DNA from: Candidatus Cloacimonadota bacterium | Lineage (GTDB): Bacteria > Cloacimonadota > Cloacimonadia > Cloacimonadales > WRIO01 | Direction of reading: 5' to 3' | Length of the DNA stretch: 61,496 nucleotides | Assembly: GCA_009777575.1 (NCBI GenBank) | Contig: WRLO01000010.1 | Span: forward strand, 1-61,496 | Shown here: piece after piece, positions 28,260 through 37,862 of the stretch | Layout of the letters: each line of letters starts with the position of its first letter | Position numbering within the stretch: the first letter of the stretch is position 1 | The notes under the pieces: generated by a model | What the model was told of the DNA's origin: nothing | The model's input: only the letters and a program-made list of their open reading frames with translations | Database searches by the model: none | Made by a program: the position numbers and the translations under genes

Positions 28260-28374
28260 AAGTATTCATCCTCTGAAAGTTTATAGTTCCACATATTTTT
28301 TTCGCTCTTTTTTGTCAATCAGAGATTGATGCTACAAGATACCATCACGATGCTTCGACTCTTGGGTGGCGGAG

Positions 28375-28636
28375 CATAAGTGTCAACTTTTCTGTTTGTG
28401 CTTTACCTTTAATGCCCCAGAGGGGCAATGGCTTGGTAGAAATCGGAGACAAAAAGGAATTATTTCTCGTAGCGGTTCAAGAGATTCGAGATTTATCGAG
28501 AAGCTCGTAAAATTACGACATAGCATTATCCCTACAGGATATATCCTCTGTTTTGAGAACACTCTACCAAGCCATAATTCCTCTGGAATATTTAAGGTAT
28601 AATTATAAAAATAGAAAGTTGACACTTATGGTAGCA
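28375..28636. repeat. ~260-bp element bounded by 16-bp perfect (about 35-bp imperfect) terminal inverted repeats. MITE-like or structured leader.
   Basis: CATAAGTGTCAACTTT at 28375-28390 and its reverse complement at 28616-28631. The interior has a GCCCCAGAGGGGC palindrome and a CGGTTCAAGAGAT module shared with the 26004-26436 element. Confidence 0.5.
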
Positions 28637-28655
28637 ATTTCTCTTCTGTAGATCC

Positions 28656-29021
28656 CTACTGCTTTAAAGCAAAAACGAGCATGTTGAAGATTTCATAAGT
28701 TGCAGTTTTAATTTGCAATCCTATCAGAACTCCAAGACCTAGACCTACAATGCCACCTAGAATGGTAAAATCATCACCTCTACCTCCAAGAGTTGAACCA
28801 ATTGCATATCCTATCGCAGCAAATAAAATAGCTACAAATAAAAATGCTACTACATTAAGCTTCTTTTTCGTCACTGGTACTTGCTGAATCAATAACAATT
28901 CCCAGCCCCCAACAGCTTCCTGATCGATTAGAGCTGCATATTTCCTGACAGCTCCTTCATATCCTTCATTTCCTTCTACGACCAGTCCAACTGGTCCCGC
29001 AATCGTTTTGTATTGTGTCAT
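28656..29021 (-). CDS. Small membrane protein (N-terminal soluble domain, possibly DUF4177-like, plus two TM helices).
   Basis: 121 aa. Hydrophobic segments VVAFLFVAILFAAIGYAIG and ILGGIVGLGLGVLIGL. Confidence 0.45.
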   Translation of the reverse strand: MTQYKTIAGPVGLVVEGNEGYEGAVRKYAALIDQEAVGGWELLLIQQVPVTKKKLNVVAFLFVAILFAAIGYAIGSTLGGRGDDFTILGGIVGLGLGVLIGLQIKTATYEIFNMLVFALKQ

Positions 29022-29118
29022 AACACATTACCTCCGTTTATTTTTCCACAGATATTTTTATACCTGCGTTTTTTTTTATCAAAATTTATTTATGACGGCA
29101 GTCCTAAAAGTCGAATTC

Positions 29119-29216
29119 GTAGGGGCGTATTGTATACGCCCGATTTTCGAAACGAATATAAACGATTTAAAAGGCGTATGCAATACGCCCCTACATAGAA
29201 TACCTCCAAAAAAACA
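29119..29216. other. Long hairpin/cruciform: 22-bp near-perfect inverted repeat separated by ~50 bp.
   Basis: CGTAGGGGCGTATTGTATACGCCC ... GGCGTATGCAATACGCCCCTAC. It lies between two co-directional minus-strand genes, so it may act as a terminator or operator. Confidence 0.5.
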
Positions 29217-29269
29217 CCGAAAATACGCAAATATGACTTTTCGGACTGCATTAATATATCCTTTCCCTT

Positions 29270-29818
29270 TTATAATATAAACCAATTTTTCGGTATCATA
29301 AAAAGCAAACAACCGCTTTTCTTAGCTATTTCTTTATCAAATTTGCCTTGTTTGACAGATTCTACAAAATTCATATTTTCCTTAATCTTGTTTTTATAAG
29401 CATCAGCAATATCTTGGGGAGCGTAGTCAATTGCTCTCATAGCATATTTTTGTAGAGTCTCATCAATTATTCTTGCTTTCGTTAATGGACCTTTATTCCC
29501 ATATTTATCTCTATATCCATAATAATCATCGAAATACGAATTGCACCGATAAAGTCCCCACCAAGCCTCATGGCAATTTGGTTTGATTTTCAAAATTTCA
29601 TTAAAAAGCCCAACTGCTTTTTCATAATTTCCATCTTGTATACTATGTTCTGCTGTCTCCAAAAGACTCCTCGCAGTTGGTAAACCATCGATAGTGATTA
29701 CATCTATCACTTTATGTGGTGTCTTACAAAATTCACATTTACTAATACCATTCAAATCGATATCATCGACTTTGATATTACCACCACAGCTACTACATAT
29801 TGCTGGTTGAAGTGCCAT
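29270..29818 (-). CDS. Zinc-ribbon plus TPR-like hypothetical protein.
   Basis: N-terminal CSSCGG...CEFCKTPH (C4 zinc ribbon) followed by a TPR-like helix pair (GNYEKAVGLFNEILKIKPNCHEAWWGLY). Confidence 0.5.
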   Translation of the reverse strand: MALQPAICSSCGGNIKVDDIDLNGISKCEFCKTPHKVIDVITIDGLPTARSLLETAEHSIQDGNYEKAVGLFNEILKIKPNCHEAWWGLYRCNSYFDDYYGYRDKYGNKGPLTKARIIDETLQKYAMRAIDYAPQDIADAYKNKIKENMNFVESVKQGKFDKEIAKKSGCLLFMIPKNWFIL

Positions 29819-29904
29819 ATTTATAAATCCTTTTGATTATTATTTTTTCTATATCTTTTACAACTCACATTTCATTAACTTCCTATTCATAAATGAGATA
29901 TGAA

Positions 29905-29970
29905 ATAGCCTCAACAATTCTCTCTGTGAACTCTGTGCCTTCTCTGTTTTTCTCTGTGTTAAAAAACATT
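29905..29970. promoter_or_regulatory. CACAGAG direct-repeat array (read on the minus strand) 5' of the zinc-ribbon/TPR gene. Same module as in the kamD and SPFH-gene leaders.
   Basis: Plus strand CTCTCTGTGAACTCTGTGCCTTCTCTGTTTTTCTCTGTGTTAAAAAAC, compared with 21441-21500 and the reverse complement of 7961-8005. Confidence 0.45.
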
Positions 29971-29982
29971 AATATTTTTTCC

Positions 29983-30270
29983 TTAAAAAGCCGAAGTATC
30001 ACCAGACACTCCTTCATAAATACCCGTGAGTGCCATTTTCCGTTCTTTAAATTGTTGTATCTTAGCTGGTAATTCACCTTCAAAACATCTCAAATCATTT
30101 TCTGCATTTGCTCTTTGATAATCATGTTGTTTTCCTTTTTTTACTACAGAAGGCAAAAACGCAATAAATAACATTGCACCTATAGCAAAAGCAATCACAT
30201 ATCCAATATCAACTTGACTGAAATAAGCTACAGCAGTCGCTATAAGAAAAACAATAAGTCCAAAAATCAT
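29983..30270 (-). CDS. Possible small membrane protein. The start is uncertain, and the longer ORF overlaps the C-terminus of the upstream gene.
   Basis: An internal Met (MIFGLIVFLIATAVAYF...) would give a non-overlapping ~95-aa two-TM protein. Weak RBS. Confidence 0.3.
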   Translation of the reverse strand: MIFGLIVFLIATAVAYFSQVDIGYVIAFAIGAMLFIAFLPSVVKKGKQHDYQRANAENDLRCFEGELPAKIQQFKERKMALTGIYEGVSGDTSAF

Positions 30271-30344
30271 CCAACCTGTTTTATTGGAAGGGATTGATTT
30301 TAAAATATTTTTTTTCAAATTATGGGTATTTTGACAATGTATAA

Positions 30345-32513
30345 TTATAAAATAGGTATTCCCCATTCAGGTTTATCATAAACTTTATAGTCAACTTTCT
30401 CAACTTTATCTGGATTTTCAGAACGCTCTTTTTCAGTTATATATTTCATAATAGAAGCAATATCTAGAAAATCGAGTTTTGAATTGTTTGCGTAGTTTGG
30501 GTCATCCCAATCCTTTTCAGAAATTAAAAAATCCTCAGAGCTTTCTACTATAAAAGGATGTAATTTTAAACCCAAATGTTTATGCCCATCTCTATGTTCT
30601 TCTTTATTATAAGCATAGTAATTCCATTGAGATTTCGTAGGTGCTATAAATCCTTTTGATCGCATGAATGCGTTCCAGCGACGATGTTCTAACCATGTCA
30701 AAGAGTTAGATACAGGAGTATTATTTTTTACTATTTCGAGATATTTCTCTATTTTTTCATCTGATAGTATTTTAAAATCATCATCTTCTCTATACAGCCC
30801 GATAGAATACATCTTATATTTAAAATGTAAATCACGAGCAATGCTAGACCACCATCCATATTCATCTTTGAGAAATTTGGTCATGTCTTTTTCGCTGTGA
30901 GTGTTACTTATATCATAAGCAAATTTATTTATGTCATTCATAAATATATTTCTGCAGCTATAGATATTTTTTAATGAGGCAAAAGCTCTACGAAATGATT
31001 TGTTACTTAGTAGTCCAATATTATTTAAAACTTCATTGGTTTTTGAATCAAAGACTGAATAAGCTATTATTGGTTTGTAAACACCAATGTCATTTAATAA
31101 TTTTTTTCTCACCATTCTATCAATATTTGATGCTGTTACTATATTTAGTTCGTCTGTGCCTAAAGCAACGATAAAATAATCTGATGATAATAAAGAGTTT
31201 TCATTTAAAACATTCATAAGTTTATCCGTTTTTACATCAACATCTTCAAAGTAGAATTTTGCATAAGGCTGTGAATATTTTTCCAGTCCGGGAAATATTC
31301 TTAAAAGCTCGTGATTATCGATTACGGTTTGCATTATTTCGGGATTTGTGAGATTTATCTTTGCTTCAAATATTTTTGAATTTTCGGTTATCACATTTAT
31401 TTTTAGCCTACAATTTAATAATTGTCCACACCAATAGGCATTTAAAAAAGCTTCTTGCCCTATTAACCCACCTCCGATGATAGTTATTTCTAACTCTTTT
31501 TCCTCGATGTAATTTGGAGGATATTTTGATAATAATGGCGTAAACAAAGGTATCTCATTGAACAGATTATAAACTATACTGGTAAATTCTTGAATTATCT
31601 TTATTACGATATTGGATTTATTTAACCATTCGTCTTCATAAAGTTTTTTCACAATAGAACTTGCCTCTGGATTTTGAGAAAAGACATAGATATTACAACC
31701 CTTTTTCCAGTTGTCTTTGTCCATAGTTACAAACGAAGTCAACGCATTGATGTTACATATATCTTCTTCATCGATGAGAATATAATGCAATTTTTTTGTT
31801 TTAGTAAAAGGGATTTTAAGCAGGTCATCTCTCACACAAACAGCACCTATTTCCTTTGCTCTTTGAAATAATTCTGACACAGTCTCGCTTTCATTGTCAA
31901 TATATGCATCAGTGAATACAATTAGAGGTAAATGTCTTGTATTTACTTTTCTTGCTTCTCTAATAATATCTTCAGCGAGCCAAATAGCCCGTTCATTCAG
32001 CTCTGAAAATACATATTTTTCCTGATATGGAGTGAAAAACAAGACAAGACCTGGAAATAACCTTGTTAGTATTCCCAATATAACAGCACCACCTGCAAAA
32101 GGAGCACATAAATTTAAAATTGCAGAGAATAAACCGTAAAATCCTGATAAAAACCGAGAATTAAATTCTTCTAAAAATAATTCTTTTCCTAAAAGAATCG
32201 TTTCTGCATATTCTTCATCCAAGCTGAATGTTTGCAATGTTCTGACTAGGCTATTGAACATTTTTTCAAACCAACTATAATTAACTGTTGTCATAGCATC
32301 AAGAGATGTTAAAAATATTGTGTATATACCGATTATGTAACGAAGGCAGAAGATACTAGCTAATAAACACAATATGGGAATAAATAGTTTTTCGTTTATA
32401 TTTTTACCCTTATGTTTTCTATTTTGTTTAAAAAAAGAAACAATAGCAAAAATAAAACCACATACAGACCCTACTAATAATAATAGGATAAATATTTTTT
32501 GGAAATAGGTCAT
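30345..32513 (-). CDS. Large membrane protein: N-terminal TM bundle, two Rossmann-like (TrkA_N-like?) regions and a possible C-terminal RyR-like domain.
   Basis: 4-5 TM helices in the first 150 aa. ITIIGGGLIGQEAF glycine-rich dinucleotide-binding-like motif. C-terminal ...TWLEHRRWNAFMRSKGF... is reminiscent of bacterial RyR domains (low confidence). Confidence 0.45.
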   Translation of the reverse strand: MTYFQKIFILLLLVGSVCGFIFAIVSFFKQNRKHKGKNINEKLFIPILCLLASIFCLRYIIGIYTIFLTSLDAMTTVNYSWFEKMFNSLVRTLQTFSLDEEYAETILLGKELFLEEFNSRFLSGFYGLFSAILNLCAPFAGGAVILGILTRLFPGLVLFFTPYQEKYVFSELNERAIWLAEDIIREARKVNTRHLPLIVFTDAYIDNESETVSELFQRAKEIGAVCVRDDLLKIPFTKTKKLHYILIDEEDICNINALTSFVTMDKDNWKKGCNIYVFSQNPEASSIVKKLYEDEWLNKSNIVIKIIQEFTSIVYNLFNEIPLFTPLLSKYPPNYIEEKELEITIIGGGLIGQEAFLNAYWCGQLLNCRLKINVITENSKIFEAKINLTNPEIMQTVIDNHELLRIFPGLEKYSQPYAKFYFEDVDVKTDKLMNVLNENSLLSSDYFIVALGTDELNIVTASNIDRMVRKKLLNDIGVYKPIIAYSVFDSKTNEVLNNIGLLSNKSFRRAFASLKNIYSCRNIFMNDINKFAYDISNTHSEKDMTKFLKDEYGWWSSIARDLHFKYKMYSIGLYREDDDFKILSDEKIEKYLEIVKNNTPVSNSLTWLEHRRWNAFMRSKGFIAPTKSQWNYYAYNKEEHRDGHKHLGLKLHPFIVESSEDFLISEKDWDDPNYANNSKLDFLDIASIMKYITEKERSENPDKVEKVDYKVYDKPEWGIPIL

Positions 32514-32667
32514 TTATTAACCCTCCTCTTTTTCATTAATCATTTTACTTATTTTGTAGACAAATTCTACACTTTTTACTGTATCTGAAGTATTTCTTTC
32601 TCATCAGAATTTTAAAGGATATTAAAATATCATAATTTCATTTTTTTTTATTAAACCTGTATATTTC

Positions 32668-33792
32668 TTATGTCATCACCAAAGCGCAGATAATAAATAA
32701 AATTATTAGAAATCCAAAATTATAAAAAGAGAACATCTTTAGATAATACCATGTTTTGCCAGGGTTATTTTTTGTATATTCTCTAAAGGTAATCAGGCTT
32801 GCTAATGAAGCTATCAAGGTTCCTACACCTCCAATATTTACAGCAACTAATAATTGCGGATAATTCTCGGTAAATCTTGATAACAAAATAGCACTGGGAA
32901 CATTGCTAATCAGCTGGCTTGAGAGTGTTCCCACTAAAAGAGTGTGGCTATTGACAAGAGAGCCTAAAAAATTACTGACAGCATCAATTCTCGACATATT
33001 TCCAGAAAAAACAAAGAAAGCAGCAAATGTAAATAACAAGGGGTAGTCTACTTGTTTCAATGCTTTTTTGTCGAGAAAGAGCAATGATATAGGAACTATG
33101 AACAACCCCCAAATATAAGGGATAAATCGAAAAACTATAAGGATTGAGAAGATGAACAACAATGTATAAATAATGGATTTCTTTATAGGCAATGTTTTAT
33201 TTTCATTGTTATTTAGTGTTAGCGGTTCAGGTTTGATAAATAAACAACAAACAGCAATTAGAACAATGGATATGATAAATGGTAAAAACATTATCTTCAT
33301 AAACTCAATATTCCCTATGTGAAAATATGTATAAAGATACAAATTCTGCGGATTACCAAAAGGAGTTAGCATCCCACCTAAATCAGCTGCTATACATTGC
33401 ATAATAAAAGTAAAAGCCATATAATGCTGTTTATTTGTAAATGTCAGCACAAAATATCCAAGAGGTAAAAAAGTTAATAATGCCATGTCATTGGCGATAA
33501 ACATGGAGGCAATTAGAGTTATAAACACTAGGGCAAGGATAGTGGAACGCAAATTTATGAATTTACAGACAATTTTTTTGGCTATAATGTCAAAAAAATG
33601 TATATTTCTAAAAGCATTCACAACTGATAAAACACAAAACAAACAAGTGAGGGTCTTAAAATCAAAGTAATCGAAATACTTCTTATCAAGAGGAACGATA
33701 AAACTTGTTATAAGTGCTGCAATAAATGCTATAACAAACACCATGTTTTTTTTTATCCATATCCAAAAGCTATTTTCTATCTTTTCACTCAT
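32668..33792 (-). CDS. Polytopic permease (ArsB/NhaD/CitMHS-like anion transporter superfamily, tentative).
   Basis: 374 aa with ~10 predicted TM helices. 3-bp gap to the downstream TIR-LRR gene. Confidence 0.45.
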   Translation of the reverse strand: MSEKIENSFWIWIKKNMVFVIAFIAALITSFIVPLDKKYFDYFDFKTLTCLFCVLSVVNAFRNIHFFDIIAKKIVCKFINLRSTILALVFITLIASMFIANDMALLTFLPLGYFVLTFTNKQHYMAFTFIMQCIAADLGGMLTPFGNPQNLYLYTYFHIGNIEFMKIMFLPFIISIVLIAVCCLFIKPEPLTLNNNENKTLPIKKSIIYTLLFIFSILIVFRFIPYIWGLFIVPISLLFLDKKALKQVDYPLLFTFAAFFVFSGNMSRIDAVSNFLGSLVNSHTLLVGTLSSQLISNVPSAILLSRFTENYPQLLVAVNIGGVGTLIASLASLITFREYTKNNPGKTWYYLKMFSFYNFGFLIILFIICALVMT

Positions 33793-33794
33793 AC

Positions 33795-35387
33795 TTAAGA
33801 TTTTTTATTCCTCACATATTTTATTTGATTCTTTTCACAATATGATGCAGCTATCTCATTGTCATTACAAATAACAGTAATCTTTTTACAACCTCTGAAA
33901 ATTTCCCATCCAAAGTCAACAACACTTGGAGGGATTGAAATTTCCTTTAAGTTTATACAGCCTCTAAACACACTATCATCAATTTTGGTAACTCCATCGG
34001 GTATTTCAATTTTTTCGATTGATGTACAATTTGAAAAAGCACCTATATTAATTGTGTTTAAACTATCATGCAGTATGATTTTTTTGAGGCGTATAGCACC
34101 ATAAAAAGCATATCCATTGATATTTGTTACGCTGTCTGGAACTTCATATTCAACGAAGTCTTTATTTGATGGATAGATCAATAATGTTGATTTATTTTTA
34201 TTAAAAAGAATCCCGTCAGTTGACCTAAAGTACCTATTTTTAGGGTCAACGATGATATTATGTAGTTTACTACATCCTTTAAAAGGACCTATCCCAATTT
34301 CATTAACTTTTGAAGGAATATAAATTGTTTCTAATGAAGAACAATTTAAGAAAACATAATGAGTAATTTTTGTCAACTCCTCTGATAAAACAATGTCTTC
34401 AAGATTTATACATCCTGCAAAAGCTCTATTATTGAGCATTATTACATTCGGTGACAAGGTGATTCTTTTTAGGCTAATACAGTCTGATAATGCGTTTTCA
34501 CCCAATACAGCTAAATCTTCTGGAAGTTTTATATTGTCCAAACTACAGCAACTGTTAAAGACTCCGTTATTTATTTCGATTAAGTCGTCAGGCAGTGATA
34601 TGTTTTTTAATTGAGGGCAGTTTTCAAAAGCTCTTTCAGCTATATCAATTTCTTTTTCAATAACCAAATCAGTCAAATCGATACAATCTCTAAATGCGCT
34701 ATCTCCGATATAAAGGACGGTCTGAGGGATAAAAAGTTTTTTTAACCTACTGCAACCTCGAAAAGCTTCGTTTCCTATATATGTAACTGTTTTAGAAAAT
34801 ACGATAGATTCGAGCTTACGACAATGTTTAAATGCTGAATCAGCAATAGTTTTGATACTTTCATCTAATATGATTTCCTTACTTCCGTCTTTGCATTTTG
34901 TCAAAACACCATCTTTAACAATTAATTGTCTCATTGTTTCAATAGGCAGACTGGCTACAAGATTATCAATATATTTATCGTTTCCATCGGTTGAATAACC
35001 CTTTAAATGTTGCAAGTTTTCGAGTAACAATTTGAAACTATTGGGTATTTCTGCATCACTTTCAAGATATATTGGATAAATTCTTTTGTCGTATTTAAAT
35101 GCTGTGATAATCTCCATTCCCACATACTTTGACTGCATAGATGCAGTTGAGATAAATAGGATGAATGCTCCGCATTTTTCTATTCTTGTTCTGAGTTCTT
35201 CTCTAAAGTCAGAGCCTATCTCCATCGTATCATCATACCATATTCTGAATCTTTCACTATCGAGTTTATTCAAAATCTTATACACAATATCTGTATTCGT
35301 ATGAGAATAACTAACAAATAGAAACGGATTTGAGCCGTTGTAAACTTCAAAGTTTATATTCGGTTTTGTAAAATTGTTTTCCGACAT
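33795..35387 (-). CDS. TIR-domain protein fused to BspA-type leucine-rich repeats (LRR_5).
   Basis: N-terminal FLFVSYSHTNTD...RIWYDD...ILFIS...SKYVGMEI (TIR_2-like, including a candidate catalytic Glu). C-terminal repeats of ...IGDSAF..C..L..I.IP..V..IG..AF. Confidence 0.75.
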   Translation of the reverse strand: MSENNFTKPNINFEVYNGSNPFLFVSYSHTNTDIVYKILNKLDSERFRIWYDDTMEIGSDFREELRTRIEKCGAFILFISTASMQSKYVGMEIITAFKYDKRIYPIYLESDAEIPNSFKLLLENLQHLKGYSTDGNDKYIDNLVASLPIETMRQLIVKDGVLTKCKDGSKEIILDESIKTIADSAFKHCRKLESIVFSKTVTYIGNEAFRGCSRLKKLFIPQTVLYIGDSAFRDCIDLTDLVIEKEIDIAERAFENCPQLKNISLPDDLIEINNGVFNSCCSLDNIKLPEDLAVLGENALSDCISLKRITLSPNVIMLNNRAFAGCINLEDIVLSEELTKITHYVFLNCSSLETIYIPSKVNEIGIGPFKGCSKLHNIIVDPKNRYFRSTDGILFNKNKSTLLIYPSNKDFVEYEVPDSVTNINGYAFYGAIRLKKIILHDSLNTINIGAFSNCTSIEKIEIPDGVTKIDDSVFRGCINLKEISIPPSVVDFGWEIFRGCKKITVICNDNEIAASYCEKNQIKYVRNKKS

Positions 35388-35399
35388 ATTTCTAACTCC

Positions 35400-37862
35400 T
35401 TACACTTTTTTTTCTTTGCAGATTGTAAAAAATTCCTTATTCTCACCGATAGATTCTGAATCCATTGTTTCCCAAAGATCAAACGCTTGTTTAAAATATT
35501 CTATGGCTTGTTCTTGCTCTTGCATCAGTTTAGATAGAAGCCCCATATCATAGAATAATTTTGCGAGATCGTTTTTATATTTAATGACATCTGGAGTTTG
35601 GTTAAGTAATGTTTCTCGAAGTGATAAGGCTTTATGGCAGTATTCTAAGGCTTCAGGGAAGAGGCTGGTCTCTTTTAACAATATTGCGTAATTTGCATAG
35701 ATGTTGGATAAAAATTCCCGATATGCATCAGGATTTGTTGAAAACAATCGCTCAGTGATATTTATAGCTTTGTGGTAATATTTTTCTGTTTCTGGATAGT
35801 TTTTTAGAGCATAAAGAGATAAACTTATATAATAATATTGAAACCCCAGATTATGCTCAATAGTAAAATATACCTCTTTATCCAAGCTCTCAAGAATCTC
35901 AATTGCCATTATAAGATTATCAATAGATTCTGTATATTGATGTGTTTTTGACAGCATCTTTCCTAAATCACCGTATGCAGTTGCTAATCCTACTATATAT
36001 GTATCAAAGCTAAGATTGATTAATCGCTTACCTATTTTGATTGCACATCTAACCTGTTCTATACCTTCTGTATATTGTTTTAAAAGATAATATAGATGAC
36101 TTGATTCTCTATGAAGATCCATCAAATAAGGTTCAACAAAATTTGGATTAATATTTGCGCCTTTTTTTAGAAGTATTAAAGCTAGTTTGAAATATTCTTC
36201 AGATTCTACGAGTTGATATTTATTTAGATATAAACTTCCAAGTAAGCTATAACATTGTCCTAAGTCAATCTGGTAGAGGTATGTATCTTCATAATCTAAT
36301 GTTGAATAAATATTTTTTGCCAACATCATGAAGTGTTCTGCATCACTATATTGAGCAGTCTTGTAATTAGTAGGGTGACTGTATATCATGCCAATATTAC
36401 AATATGTGTCTGCTAACAATCTTAATCGATTAAATGATTTTTCGACTATTTCATCTTGCATTAAGGAAACATTTTTTAAAAATATATCCTTTGCGGCATC
36501 CATCTTTCCTTGAAAGAAATTAATCTCACCATAATTGTTAAGCATCTTACATTGTTTATAGTTATATATTTTTTGATTACTTTGATTTATTTTATCGCTA
36601 ATATCAATACTCTTTTTAAAAAAATATTCTGCATCATCAAATTTAAATTTATACCCTGAAATTAGACCTATATTTTGAAGGATTTCTGCAATTCTATATA
36701 GACATTCTTCTGTTTTGTCATAGTAAATCTCTGCCCATTTTAGGTAATCTTGTGCATGTTTTAAGGCTATATCAAAATATCTTTGCTCTATTAAATACTC
36801 CACAAACTTCGTCTGTGACTCTCTCTCCAGTCCAGCTTCTTTTTCGAGCTTAATAGCTTTTTCAAAGGAGTGTTCTATCTCTGTAAACCGATTCTCGTTT
36901 TGTGTATCAATTATAAGGACATCTACCCTTTGCATCCAGTCACCAACGAGGGCTTGGATTTTCTTTTTATGTTCTTCGAGGATTTCGAGTTCTCTTTTCT
37001 CTTCAAGTTCGAGTTCGTCAACTGAGAGTATTTGTTTTGCTCCCTCTATATCACCTTCTTCGAGGCATTGTCTGGCGGATATTTGTCTTGGTGAGATATA
37101 TCCTGTGCCGGATTTTTCCAAAAAAGAGGTTTCCATTTTGATGATGTCGAGTTGGAGGTTGTGAATGGCTTCGCTAGCTTTATTTTTTCTCCCGCTGATT
37201 CCTAAATATTCTGCTAGGAGGTCATCATCGTCAGGGTTTTTCTTGATGAGTGCTCTATGTGCCATGAATTCTTTTTCGATTTCTAAAAATTCGTTTTTTA
37301 ATAAGCTTAAATTTTTATTATTAAAGATGATAGGTATGTTCTCGAGGGTCATTAGTTCTTGTCCATCTAGTAGTAGTGATGTTTCGTTTACATCGACTTT
37401 TATATGTTCTAAACCGAGTGTTTTTAATTGCAAAATTAAATTAAGTTTCAGCGTGTCGAGATGGGTGTAACTGCTGTCGTAGTGACCGAGTTCATTTCTT
37501 AGTTTTTCCATGAAGTTGATAACTGTTTTATTTTGTTTTTTGTTATCAAGTTTTTTATAATAAGTGCAGATTTTAGGTGTTTTTTTATTGATGAAAGCAT
37601 TATAAGCTGCTTCAAATTCAGCTTTTGCTTTTTCTTGAGGTTCGTCATGGAAGATGATATAAAATAGTTCGCTATTTGCAGCTGCTTTGAGGTCTTCGGC
37701 GGGGTCATTTTCACCGCTTATATTCAGATAAAAGTATATTCCGAGCCTTTGATAATTATCGTTTAGGCTGTCAATAAAGGCACCGAATTCCTGAATGTCT
37801 TTTTCTAATTTGTCTAAAGATGAAGTGAGAAAAAGTTTAATTTTTTTCATTTGTTCTTTCAT
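35400..37862 (-). CDS. DUF4062-like N-terminal domain followed by a coiled-coil and an extensive TPR-repeat region.
   Basis: N-terminal KIKLFLTSSLDKLEKD... resembles DUF4062 and is paralogous to the next gene. The C-terminal 450 aa is packed with TPR-like A/Y/F-rich helical repeats. No P-loop. Confidence 0.55.
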   Translation of the reverse strand: MKEQMKKIKLFLTSSLDKLEKDIQEFGAFIDSLNDNYQRLGIYFYLNISGENDPAEDLKAAANSELFYIIFHDEPQEKAKAEFEAAYNAFINKKTPKICTYYKKLDNKKQNKTVINFMEKLRNELGHYDSSYTHLDTLKLNLILQLKTLGLEHIKVDVNETSLLLDGQELMTLENIPIIFNNKNLSLLKNEFLEIEKEFMAHRALIKKNPDDDDLLAEYLGISGRKNKASEAIHNLQLDIIKMETSFLEKSGTGYISPRQISARQCLEEGDIEGAKQILSVDELELEEKRELEILEEHKKKIQALVGDWMQRVDVLIIDTQNENRFTEIEHSFEKAIKLEKEAGLERESQTKFVEYLIEQRYFDIALKHAQDYLKWAEIYYDKTEECLYRIAEILQNIGLISGYKFKFDDAEYFFKKSIDISDKINQSNQKIYNYKQCKMLNNYGEINFFQGKMDAAKDIFLKNVSLMQDEIVEKSFNRLRLLADTYCNIGMIYSHPTNYKTAQYSDAEHFMMLAKNIYSTLDYEDTYLYQIDLGQCYSLLGSLYLNKYQLVESEEYFKLALILLKKGANINPNFVEPYLMDLHRESSHLYYLLKQYTEGIEQVRCAIKIGKRLINLSFDTYIVGLATAYGDLGKMLSKTHQYTESIDNLIMAIEILESLDKEVYFTIEHNLGFQYYYISLSLYALKNYPETEKYYHKAINITERLFSTNPDAYREFLSNIYANYAILLKETSLFPEALEYCHKALSLRETLLNQTPDVIKYKNDLAKLFYDMGLLSKLMQEQEQAIEYFKQAFDLWETMDSESIGENKEFFTICKEKKV

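Noticed and set aside
29883-30083. 66-aa minus-strand ORF.
   Set aside because: It overlaps a repeat-family module and the putative small membrane-protein gene. There is no RBS or motif support.
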